A stretch of DNA of 64,000 bases from Escherichia phage vB_EcoM-Pr121LW: sequence record MH752840.1, one strand, 5' to 3'. Below the pieces are notes generated by a model. It ran no database searches and was not told where the DNA came from. It saw only the letters and a list, made by a program, of their open reading frames with translations. Below, one piece after another: positions 55,934 through 64,000 of this stretch. A program made the position numbers and the translations under genes. The first letter of the stretch is position 1, and each line of letters opens with the position of its first letter.

Positions 55934-56407
55934 ATGGCTATAAACTTTAGACCTACAACAGAGATTGATTTAGCAGGGCACAACTTTGTGATCACCCACT
56001 GGGGACCGATGAAAGCAATGAAAAACATGCCTAAAATCGGTAAGATTGTGGCTGTCCCGCTAGGTGCTATCGGTGGATCTATTATCTCTGGTGGTCAGAA
56101 TATGGCAGAGGTCCTTCCTACTGCTCTGGCTTACCTGTTCCAAGAACTTGATGATAGCTCTATTGAAGAGTTATTTAAAATCTTGTTCGAAGATATTACC
56201 GTAGATGGTGTGGATAAGCTTAACCCAGATGTTGTGTTTGCAGGGCATCTGCTGGAGATGATTAAGCTGGCAGGTAAGGTTCTGGAGGTTAACTACGGCT
56301 GTTTTTTCACACAAGACGGTTTAGGAAGCCTTCTGGAGATGTTACAGCAGATGGGTATGATTCAGCAGGTGAACAACCTGGATCAGACTCCGGAAGAGCA
56401 GGAATAA
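55934..56407 (+). CDS. tail assembly chaperone (zero-frame product)
   Basis: Position directly upstream of tape measure; slippery site near 3' end. Confidence 0.5.
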   Translation: MAINFRPTTEIDLAGHNFVITHWGPMKAMKNMPKIGKIVAVPLGAIGGSIISGGQNMAEVLPTALAYLFQELDDSSIEELFKILFEDITVDGVDKLNPDVVFAGHLLEMIKLAGKVLEVNYGCFFTQDGLGSLLEMLQQMGMIQQVNNLDQTPEEQE

Positions 56408-56667
56408 GCAAGGTTGTTGTGAGGGCCAGTGAGTGGGCAGCCAAGAACAGTTCACTCAACTGGTTCGACTTTCTTTGGTGCAGGGTGCTCAAGAATTTCA
56501 AAGGGGAAAATTTTGAATCGCTAAATCTTGCAGATATGGCGTATTTCCTGAAGCTCTGTGAGTATCTTGATATTGAAGAATTCCTAGATACCGTCCAAAA
56601 CAGGGAAATGGAGCGGGAGCAGAAGGCTGCCGCAGCTGCTGCGAAAGCTAAGCGCAGGAGAGGATAA
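56293..56667 (+). CDS. -1 frame extension of tail assembly chaperone (fusion via programmed frameshift at 56302-56308)
   Basis: T_TTT_TTC heptamer in the zero frame; -1 frame open from 56293 to 56667; conserved chaperone architecture. Confidence 0.45.
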   Translation, partial: LRLFFHTRRFRKPSGDVTADGYDSAGEQPGSDSGRAGISKVVVRASEWAAKNSSLNWFDFLWCRVLKNFKGENFESLNLADMAYFLKLCEYLDIEEFLDTVQNREMEREQKAAAAAAKAKRRRG

Positions 56668-56672
56668 TCTAA

Positions 56673-56708
56673 GGGCCGGATTCCTTTTCTGGGATCTGGC
56701 CCTTTTTA
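56673..56708 (+). terminator. putative rho-independent terminator
   Basis: GGGCC...GGCCC stem followed by TTTTTATT. Confidence 0.45.
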
Positions 56709-56721
56709 TTATGAGGAAACC

Positions 56722-59061
56722 ATGGCTACAAACAAAATAGTTGCCACAACAGTCAACAAGATTGGCTTTGAGATAGAGAACTCCTCCTACAAAAAAGCTG
56801 TAGAGAAAATTCGCAGTATTGGGAGGGAGTTCAGGAAACTAGGCGAGGATTTTAACTCAGCCAACCCCATGGGTAGATGGCAGGCGGTAGCTGTTAAAAC
56901 CCAGCAGACAATGCAGAGGGTTGCCAGACAGCAATCCCAGGCAAATGCTAAACTGCACAGGGAGAGCGTAACACAGGCTAAGAAAGAGGCTGCAGTAAGG
57001 GCTGCAATAGAACGTAGGGAGAATGCGAGACGTAAACAAGCTGTAGGTAATCTTACCGCTAAAAATCCAGAAATGGTTAGGATGCGTAAGTTCTATCAGC
57101 AGCAAGCTAAAGAGGCCAAAAAGGCTGCCAAATCTGCACCAGTGTCTTACGGTGGTTATAAGGCACCTAAGGCAAGAGTTCTGGCTAATGCCAAATCTTT
57201 CAAATATATCCCCGGTAACCCTAATATGGGTGGTGTGGCTTCCGACCCTAATCTTGTGAAAGCGCAGACAGCCGCTATGAATCGTTATCATAGACAGCTA
57301 AGAAGGGACGGTAAGGCTGGCATGGATAATAGGCTTATGTCGGATCGTGAGGCAAGGAGAACCCACCTCTACAACTCAGCGATAAGACTTTCTGCCAAGT
57401 ATGGTGCCGGATTCCGTGGAAGCTTGCCAGGATACTCAGAGTTAGAGTCCAGGTTTGCTCGTGGGGAGATGAAAAAGTCAACATTTAACGCCCACTTGTC
57501 AGCGCTGCAGTCTGGATTTAAAAGCGCCACCAGTCAAACGCTTACACTAGGCGATGCCATGAGAGACCTACGTAGGTCTGTTATTAATGCAACAGCTGCG
57601 TATACGGCTTTTTCTGGATTTACTGCTGTTAACAGATCCGGTCACATGATGGAGGGTGCAAGTGCTGCTCTTACTGCTGTTACTGGAGATCCAAACAAAG
57701 CCAACAGTGAGGTTGCGTTTGTCCAGCAAGAGGCTATGCGTCTTGGTTTTGATCTCAAATCTGGTCTTCAAGGTTACGCCCAGATGGCGGTAAACGCCAA
57801 AAACCAGATGACAAATCAGGAGGTTCATGAGCTGTTCTCTGCATACTCCCAGTATGCTGCTGCTTATGGTGCCGATGAGGTAAAATACCAGCGTGGTATC
57901 ATGGCAATCCAACAGATGCTAGGCAAGGGACAAGTAATGTCCGAAGAACTGAAGCAACAACTTGCTGAAGCATTGCCTGGTGCATACGAACCTTTTATCA
58001 AGGCCACCAAAGAGGCTTTTGGTCTTTCTGAACTCTCCATGGATCAGTTCATGGACATGATGAAGAAAGGTGAGGTTAAAACAGCTAAGATCATGAAGTA
58101 TGTGGCTAAGTACATGAACGAGGCATCTGCAGCTGGTTATGAAAGAATGCAGAAGTCTAACGTACTGGCAGAAAACAGACTGAAAACCTTCATCGAACTG
58201 TCTCGTCAGAAACTGTTCACCCGTTGGGCAGATGAATTGACAGAGTTCTACTACACCCTGATCCGCACAGGTGAGACTCTGCAATTTGTGTGGGATGCCT
58301 CAGGTGATTTTGTTAGCGGATTTATTAGAGGCCTTAACTGGGTTGTTGGTGAGCTAAACAACACTATAGTTAAGATCCGCCTGTTTTTCCTTGAGTGGGG
58401 CATCAAATGGGGGTTCATAACAGCTAAGACGAAGGAGTATTCCGAAGAGCTGCATGACACCTTCAGCACTGCCAAATGGGCAGGGTATGCTGCTGCCATT
58501 ATGCTGGTAGTGCACGCTCTTACAAAAGGGTTTGTCATGGCATCCATGCTTGTAAAAACTTTTAAGTTCCTTAGCACCCTGAAAGGTGCAGCTGGAGCTG
58601 CTGGCGCTGGTGCCATCACCACAGGGGGTTCTGTAGGTGGCGCAGCAGGAAAAGGTGGTGGAATAAAAGCACCAGGCATCAAAGGTACCGGTATGTTAGG
58701 CAAGTTGGGGATACTTGGGACATTATTGAGTGCTGGGGCTATGGTTAATGATCGTTTCAACCCTTTCAGTGAGAGAAATCAACAGCTGGATACTATTAGT
58801 GACATGATCCGCAAAGATATAGTATCGGGTGGCAACGGGTTTGTTAATCCTCTAGACACTTTACCTGGTGGAACCCTTCCGCTACCCGGTGGTCCTGGTT
58901 TTGCCTCTCAACTGAGAACCATGGAAATGTTACCTTTGGAGATCAGCGATGGTAAAATCACCATTTCGATAGATGAAGGTGAGTTTAGCAAAATACTTGA
59001 TGCAAAACTTGAGTGGGAGAATAGCAAAGATATTAACTTTATGTCAACAGATCTTTGGTAA
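56722..59061 (+). CDS. tail tape measure protein
   Basis: 779 aa, helix-rich, glycine-rich segment GAAGAAGAGAITTGGSVGGAAGKGGG, follows chaperone pair. Confidence 0.65.
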   Translation: MATNKIVATTVNKIGFEIENSSYKKAVEKIRSIGREFRKLGEDFNSANPMGRWQAVAVKTQQTMQRVARQQSQANAKLHRESVTQAKKEAAVRAAIERRENARRKQAVGNLTAKNPEMVRMRKFYQQQAKEAKKAAKSAPVSYGGYKAPKARVLANAKSFKYIPGNPNMGGVASDPNLVKAQTAAMNRYHRQLRRDGKAGMDNRLMSDREARRTHLYNSAIRLSAKYGAGFRGSLPGYSELESRFARGEMKKSTFNAHLSALQSGFKSATSQTLTLGDAMRDLRRSVINATAAYTAFSGFTAVNRSGHMMEGASAALTAVTGDPNKANSEVAFVQQEAMRLGFDLKSGLQGYAQMAVNAKNQMTNQEVHELFSAYSQYAAAYGADEVKYQRGIMAIQQMLGKGQVMSEELKQQLAEALPGAYEPFIKATKEAFGLSELSMDQFMDMMKKGEVKTAKIMKYVAKYMNEASAAGYERMQKSNVLAENRLKTFIELSRQKLFTRWADELTEFYYTLIRTGETLQFVWDASGDFVSGFIRGLNWVVGELNNTIVKIRLFFLEWGIKWGFITAKTKEYSEELHDTFSTAKWAGYAAAIMLVVHALTKGFVMASMLVKTFKFLSTLKGAAGAAGAGAITTGGSVGGAAGKGGGIKAPGIKGTGMLGKLGILGTLLSAGAMVNDRFNPFSERNQQLDTISDMIRKDIVSGGNGFVNPLDTLPGGTLPLPGGPGFASQLRTMEMLPLEISDGKITISIDEGEFSKILDAKLEWENSKDINFMSTDLW

Positions 59062-59068
59062 TAAACTG

Positions 59069-59095
59069 CGGGGGGCTCCGGCCCCCTTTATTTTT
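59069..59095 (+). terminator. rho-independent terminator
   Basis: GGGGGC-TCCG-GCCCCC hairpin then TTTATTTTT. Confidence 0.65.
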
Positions 59096-59102
59096 ATCGG
59101 TG

Positions 59103-59131
59103 TTGTAAAAACAGCTATTTTATGATACAAT
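59103..59131 (+). promoter_or_regulatory. sigma70-like promoter TTGTAA-17-TACAAT
   Basis: Hexamers with 17-nt spacer; track ATG at 59138 is too close to the -10. Confidence 0.4.
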
Positions 59132-59164
59132 ATCTAAATGGTATCGGAGTGTCCTGGAGAGGTT

Positions 59165-60049
59165 ATGCCAAATAATATAGTTGATGAAAAAGATCTGTAC
59201 AAGCCTCAAGAGGTTAAGTCTCCAAAGGCTGAAAAGGCTGAGCAGCAAACTGAAGGTGATGTAAAGTACACTATGTTTGTCAGCGGTCTTAACTATGGTG
59301 GTCGCAATACGGAGATGAAGGGTAAAAACTTTACTAACGATCTTGCTATTATCTTCGACCAGGTTGAGAACTATTCTTTCAAACATTCTGTTGATAAAAC
59401 TGGTTTTGCAGTGGAAGATAAATCTACCATGTCAGACCACGCTGTAATTAAAGATGGTGTATTTTCTTTTACTGGTAGGGTAAATACATCCCCACATATA
59501 ATTTATGAGCAAAACTACATTGATAGGAATACTGACTCTAAAAACCCTGCAGCATCTATGAGACCAGGCGCTGCATTGGAGGCTTTGACTGAGATTATCA
59601 ATAAGCGACAGTTGGTTTCCTTGGTTACCGAGGAGAGACTCCTTGAGAACTATATCATAACCAGCCTTTCTGCCAACAAGTCTGTTGGTGAAGGCGCTGC
59701 AATGGTGTTTGATGTGGAACTTACAGAGTTCCGCACATTCTACTTGAATAAGGTTGTTAATGCAACAGTGTACAGCAATCCTAAAAAAGTTGGGAAGACC
59801 CAGCAAAAAGGTGCTGTCAACGATTGCAAGAATGGTAGTAATGTAGGTAACAAGAGAGATACAGGGGCATTTGCAGACACTGCATCCACAAATGCTGCAG
59901 AAGAGTGGCAGCCATACAAGTCTATGATGTGGACAGATGAAAACGGTGTTACCCAGTCCGCTGCCGATTGGTACTATCAGGAATATGGAAGACCTTCCAC
60001 TATAGTTCCGTCAGAGCAGGGAAACTACGACAAAGTTAACGGAAAATAA
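59165..60049 (+). CDS. putative tail/baseplate protein (start at MPNNIVDEK)
   Basis: GGAGAGG RBS; position after tape measure. Confidence 0.4.
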   Translation: MPNNIVDEKDLYKPQEVKSPKAEKAEQQTEGDVKYTMFVSGLNYGGRNTEMKGKNFTNDLAIIFDQVENYSFKHSVDKTGFAVEDKSTMSDHAVIKDGVFSFTGRVNTSPHIIYEQNYIDRNTDSKNPAASMRPGAALEALTEIINKRQLVSLVTEERLLENYIITSLSANKSVGEGAAMVFDVELTEFRTFYLNKVVNATVYSNPKKVGKTQQKGAVNDCKNGSNVGNKRDTGAFADTASTNAAEEWQPYKSMMWTDENGVTQSAADWYYQEYGRPSTIVPSEQGNYDKVNGK

Positions 60050-60060
60050 GGGGAACAGTA

Positions 60061-60441
60061 ATGGAGCTTAAAGATTGGTGTGTAATCACTTTTGTGTGGG
60101 ACATTGATGGCTTTCCTGATCAAACCATGCGTGTTGTTTTAGATAACGAAACGTATGAAATGCGTATGCAGTGGAATGAAAGAGATGAGTCCTGGTGGCT
60201 ATCCCTTGGTCCGGTAGGGGATAGTCCTCTAGTAACCAGAAAGGTAACAGCTTGCCAAGATATTTTAGACGGTCTGCATTACAGAGACGATTTACCGAAA
60301 GGTAGATTGATGGCTTTGTCGTTTAAAGACGATCAATATTGGGGCAGGGTTGGAAGGTACAACCTTGGTGCGAGATCTGAGTTACAACTTGTGTACGGCA
60401 CCCCAGTTGATCTTTACAAGGAACAGCAAGGGTTAGACTAA
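60061..60441 (+). CDS. putative tail/baseplate protein
   Basis: ORF; position. Confidence 0.35.
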   Translation: MELKDWCVITFVWDIDGFPDQTMRVVLDNETYEMRMQWNERDESWWLSLGPVGDSPLVTRKVTACQDILDGLHYRDDLPKGRLMALSFKDDQYWGRVGRYNLGARSELQLVYGTPVDLYKEQQGLD

Positions 60442-61445
60442 TGGCAGAGTACAGACGTAGAACATGGCGATTATTGTTTGGTCGTCCTGTAGAGCACGGT
60501 GGAAAATCAAAAACCAATATTCCGAAATCTGTTGAAAAGAAAGGTGAGAGTGATTCTGGAGTCTATGAGATTAGCTCAGACACAGGCGCTGCCAACATAG
60601 AGTTCGACATACAAAAGGATAATACAAAAGAGCCAAACAAAGGTTATGTGACAGTTTACAACCTGTCTGACGATACAGTTAACTATTTGGATATGCATCA
60701 GGCTGATGCCCTTGCAGTTATGTTTGAAGCTGGCTATGATAATGAGAACCAGTTGATATTCTCCGGAACTGTGGAGTTTGTTGAAGACAGATGGGAAGGT
60801 CCGACCAGAAAAACTAAGTTCATCTTTGGGGATGGCACTGAGAACATCATTAAGTGCCAAAGCACAAGATCGTATCAGAAAGGCACACCTCTGAACTCTG
60901 TGCTTAATGACCTACTGAAGGATATGAACTTGCCAAAGGGTAGGGTTGTTGGTTTTGGAAACCAGACTTTGCAATACTCTATGGCTTTCTCTGGAAACAC
61001 TGCAGAGAACCTCCGCAGGTTTGCAAGGCTGACCAACTCAACATTCAGCGTTCAGGATGGGGCTTTGTATTGGACCAAGGTTGGAAAAAGGTTCAAGGAC
61101 TCTGTGTTTGAAATAAGTGCAGAGTCTGGGATGCACGGATCTCCTACCCCTAAAAACCCAGAACCTGCTAAAAAACGAAAAGCTAAAGCTGCTGCCAAAG
61201 GTGGTTCGACATCTAAAAAGAAAAAGAAAAACCCGAGAGAGGATGTTGGCCTTACTGTAACCACATGCCTTAACGGGGCCATTCTTCCAGAATCCACCAT
61301 TTACCTTAAAAGCAGGCAATACACAGGTTTCTATAAGGTGATCACGGTGCATCATAAAGGTACCATAGAAGGTGGTGATTACACTACAGAGCTCGGCCTT
61401 GGGGAAACAGTGGGTGGAGTTGTTGACAAAACTGAGGAGGTATAA
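60441..61445 (+). CDS. putative baseplate hub protein
   Basis: 334 aa, start overlaps previous stop; position after tape measure. Confidence 0.35.
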   Translation: MAEYRRRTWRLLFGRPVEHGGKSKTNIPKSVEKKGESDSGVYEISSDTGAANIEFDIQKDNTKEPNKGYVTVYNLSDDTVNYLDMHQADALAVMFEAGYDNENQLIFSGTVEFVEDRWEGPTRKTKFIFGDGTENIIKCQSTRSYQKGTPLNSVLNDLLKDMNLPKGRVVGFGNQTLQYSMAFSGNTAENLRRFARLTNSTFSVQDGALYWTKVGKRFKDSVFEISAESGMHGSPTPKNPEPAKKRKAKAAAKGGSTSKKKKKNPREDVGLTVTTCLNGAILPESTIYLKSRQYTGFYKVITVHHKGTIEGGDYTTELGLGETVGGVVDKTEEV

Positions 61446-62122
61446 TGGCAATAAACAGGAAAGATGCTGCTGTAAGATCCTTTATAGAAAAAATAATGAG
61501 GGACTACCACACCAGCATCAGGGCCAGAGTTGTCAGCGTAGATTACAGTATCCCCTCTGCAGCCGTGCAGCCAATAGCTGAAACCACGTTTGATGACGGA
61601 GATGTGGAGAGATACCCGCTTATCTATGACGTTCCAATTCAGGTGATGTCTGCAAACAGTGGGAAGGCAAGGTTAACACTTCCTATTAAGGCTGGAGATG
61701 TTGTAGGGCTGCAGTTTTCAGAGAGAAATGAAAACAATAACGATGATCAACAAACTCACGGCCTGTTTCCTGGGTGGGCAATCACCTCTGTTCATTCAGA
61801 CTCAAACGCTTTACAGATCGATCCTGATAACGTAGAGTTATGGAATGATAGGGTTTATTTTAAACTGACACCTTCTGGCGATTTTGAGCTTCAAACACCG
61901 GGTGGAACATTACGGTGCGACAGTAGCGGGGAGTTTTCTTTCACTAACGGTGCTGCCAATTTGCGAGCTGCTGTGGATGGAAATATCAGAATGAATGGTG
62001 CCACAATAGACCCATCTGGTAGAATTATAACTGCTGCTGGTGTGGATTTGGATTCATTCTATGCAGAATATAAAGGTCATACCCACTCTTGCCCTGATGG
62101 CGAGACAAGTGGACCGCACTAA
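61445..62122 (+). CDS. putative baseplate central spike (gpV-like)
   Basis: C-terminal HTHSCPDGETSGPH resembles the spike-tip metal-binding HxH motif; position. Confidence 0.45.
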   Translation: MAINRKDAAVRSFIEKIMRDYHTSIRARVVSVDYSIPSAAVQPIAETTFDDGDVERYPLIYDVPIQVMSANSGKARLTLPIKAGDVVGLQFSERNENNNDDQQTHGLFPGWAITSVHSDSNALQIDPDNVELWNDRVYFKLTPSGDFELQTPGGTLRCDSSGEFSFTNGAANLRAAVDGNIRMNGATIDPSGRIITAAGVDLDSFYAEYKGHTHSCPDGETSGPH

Positions 62123-62134
62123 TAGAGGGCTTTC

Positions 62135-62851
62135 ATGGCTACGCTTTATAGTGATATATTAATGGACCCACAGACAGGCGATTTGGCGATAGACAAAGGT
62201 CTTGAGTTGATAGATTCAAACCAGGTAAGTCTGCGCCAGCGCTTGTGGATGAGGTTTAATACGTGGAAGGGGAGCTGGTACTTTGACGAGTTGTTTGGCT
62301 TCCCTTATATGGACTTTCTCAGTAAGAAGGTCATGAAGACTGTTCTTGATAACAAGATTATGGAAGTGGCAAGACAAGAGCCGGATGTGCTAAACATCAT
62401 AAACTTCCAGTCTACCATGGATCGAAGATCGAGAACATACCAAGCGTTCTTTGAGGTTGTTACCAAAGAGAACGAGATTGTAAGGCTGGCTTTCGTAGGT
62501 CTTGATCAGTTTACCTACCCACAGCCTGATTCTGGGACAACCTCTCTCTGTGATGATGAAGGTTGGATTAAGTGGGCTAATAAACTGTACTATCTGATCA
62601 ACTTCAGATTGCCCAGAACCGGAGATGCCACATGGTGGAACCAGTATGCTGGTCCTGAGATGGAAAACCCGATCCCTGTAGGCTCTCTGTTGACTCAGGA
62701 TAAAGATCTGCTGATGACTGAGGCAGAACAAACCATTAACCGCAATACCTGGACGCTTGCTCCAGATGAGCGCGAATACTCTGGTGTTATTGCTACCTCC
62801 AATGATGAGGCTATTGCCAACCAGTCTGGTCGTGCTATTGATGTTAACTAA
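62135..62851 (+). CDS. putative baseplate wedge protein
   Basis: ORF; position. Confidence 0.3.
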   Translation: MATLYSDILMDPQTGDLAIDKGLELIDSNQVSLRQRLWMRFNTWKGSWYFDELFGFPYMDFLSKKVMKTVLDNKIMEVARQEPDVLNIINFQSTMDRRSRTYQAFFEVVTKENEIVRLAFVGLDQFTYPQPDSGTTSLCDDEGWIKWANKLYYLINFRLPRTGDATWWNQYAGPEMENPIPVGSLLTQDKDLLMTEAEQTINRNTWTLAPDEREYSGVIATSNDEAIANQSGRAIDVN

Positions 62852-62860
62852 GGAGAAACC

Positions 62861-63529
62861 ATGGCTGTAGCTTATCCTACAATACCAATTCCAGATCTTG
62901 AAGATGCAGAAACAGTCCTGAGTGATGACTTCTTGGTTGTCAACCAGACTGATGGGACAAGAAAGGCTAAGATTGACGATGTTGTCAACGATCTTAGCAT
63001 CACTAAGATAGTCTATTTCACAGAGGGTGGTTATCTTAAGAGTAAGAAGGACTTTGCTTATGATCCAGAAACTAAGCGCTACTACACGTGGAACGGGGAT
63101 TATCCTAAAATAATCCTCCCAGACTCCACTGTAGAGGGTGCTGGAGGTGTGTCTGCAAATGCCTGGTCTGTTTTTGGTGAGCTTGCTGCAACTTCTTCTG
63201 GCAGAATAGTTGATTACGGATCTATCGGCGGTCAGCTTGATATGGATCTTGAAGTTGCGGATACTTTTAAGGTTCGACTAACTTCAAATACCACAATCTC
63301 TTTTGAAAATCAAACAGAAGGTCTTGAAGGGGTGGCGAGAACTATAACCGTATGCATTACTCAGACCTCTGGCGGCAACAAAGTCTATTGGCCTGGTAAT
63401 GTTAAATGGTCCTACGGAAGAGATCCTATCCTAACATTTACAGCTGGTGCAACAGATATTTTCAAGTTGGAAACCTACGACAACGGGTTAACTTGGTACG
63501 GGGCACTGATTATCGCAGGAGCTATCTAA
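62861..63529 (+). CDS. putative baseplate/tail protein
   Basis: ORF; position. Confidence 0.3.
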   Translation: MAVAYPTIPIPDLEDAETVLSDDFLVVNQTDGTRKAKIDDVVNDLSITKIVYFTEGGYLKSKKDFAYDPETKRYYTWNGDYPKIILPDSTVEGAGGVSANAWSVFGELAATSSGRIVDYGSIGGQLDMDLEVADTFKVRLTSNTTISFENQTEGLEGVARTITVCITQTSGGNKVYWPGNVKWSYGRDPILTFTAGATDIFKLETYDNGLTWYGALIIAGAI

Positions 63530-63530
63530 G

Positions 63531-64000
63531 ATGCGTATTCAACATAACATTGATAACGTATTTCAGATGATTGAGGGGCACAGGAAGTGCCTCGATAACA
63601 ACACAGGTATTACCAACACCCCTACACAAAATAAGCTAGTAAACCCTGATGGTCTTATAGCTGCAGGGTGGGCAGGTAATAAGATAAATAATGATTGGGC
63701 GATGCATGAGCCCCAAGCTGTGTTGATTCTGGGATACATTGAAGCATACAGGGCATCGAAAAGCGATTTCTATCTGGATAGGGCAAAAGATGCTTGGGAA
63801 GCTTACAATAGCCATCTTCTAGGTGCATATGCAGTAGAAAGTAAAATGCAAAGATTGTCCCACTACCCTCTATCTACAGATGGGGTTCCATCACATGGTG
63901 GGTTTAAAGATGTGGTGGTGTCTTTTACCAATGGTAGAGGAAAAATCCCAGCTGGATCTCCGACATGGGGGGAATACCTGGACAAGGCATTCCAAGCGTA
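63531..64000 (+). CDS. putative tail fiber/baseplate protein, 3' end beyond window
   Basis: ATG at 63531 right after previous stop; frame open to window end; absent from track because no stop. Confidence 0.35.
   Translation, partial: MRIQHNIDNVFQMIEGHRKCLDNNTGITNTPTQNKLVNPDGLIAAGWAGNKINNDWAMHEPQAVLILGYIEAYRASKSDFYLDRAKDAWEAYNSHLLGAYAVESKMQRLSHYPLSTDGVPSHGGFKDVVVSFTNGRGKIPAGSPTWGEYLDKAFQA

Noticed and set aside
57568-58760. Minus-strand ORFs inside the tape measure gene
   Set aside because: Antisense to a long, well-supported structural gene.
1-64000. CRISPR array, integrase, transposase or IS element
   Set aside because: No regularly spaced direct repeats with unique spacers and no recombinase/transposase-like ORF found.

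Overview
This window looks like part of a virulent tailed phage genome (a myovirus-type structural module is present), with no integrase or transposase seen. Positions ~1400-38250 are a densely packed minus-strand block of early/middle genes: many small ORFs with overlapping start/stop codons, plus nucleotide-metabolism and DNA-transaction genes (class I RNR nrdAB, anaerobic RNR nrdDG, glutaredoxin, ThyX-like thymidylate synthase, dNMP kinase-like, HAD nucleotidase, PhoH, ATP-dependent DNA ligase, flap endonuclease, endonuclease VII, RuvC-like resolvase, DnaQ-like exonuclease, two N6-adenine methyltransferases, lambda-R-like endolysin, Sir2-like protein, RNA ligase). A divergent promoter region at ~38250-38350 starts a plus-strand block: P-loop kinase and metallophosphatase, an HTH protein followed by an iteron/AT-rich/GC-rich noncoding region, a cluster of at least six tRNA genes, spanins, a large terminase interrupted by an apparent ORF-less group I intron, then portal, scaffold, major capsid, sheath, tube, frameshifted tail chaperones, tape measure and baseplate genes. 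Most notable are the intron in the terminase gene, a phage-encoded ribosome hibernation factor (HPF/RaiA) homolog, a Sir2-like protein lacking the zinc module, an RNA ligase/kinase/phosphatase trio beside the tRNA cluster, a phased array of 17-bp palindromes next to an AT-rich palindrome, and two GC-rich structured noncoding islands. All calls are from reading the sequence and motif recall; no database search was run.
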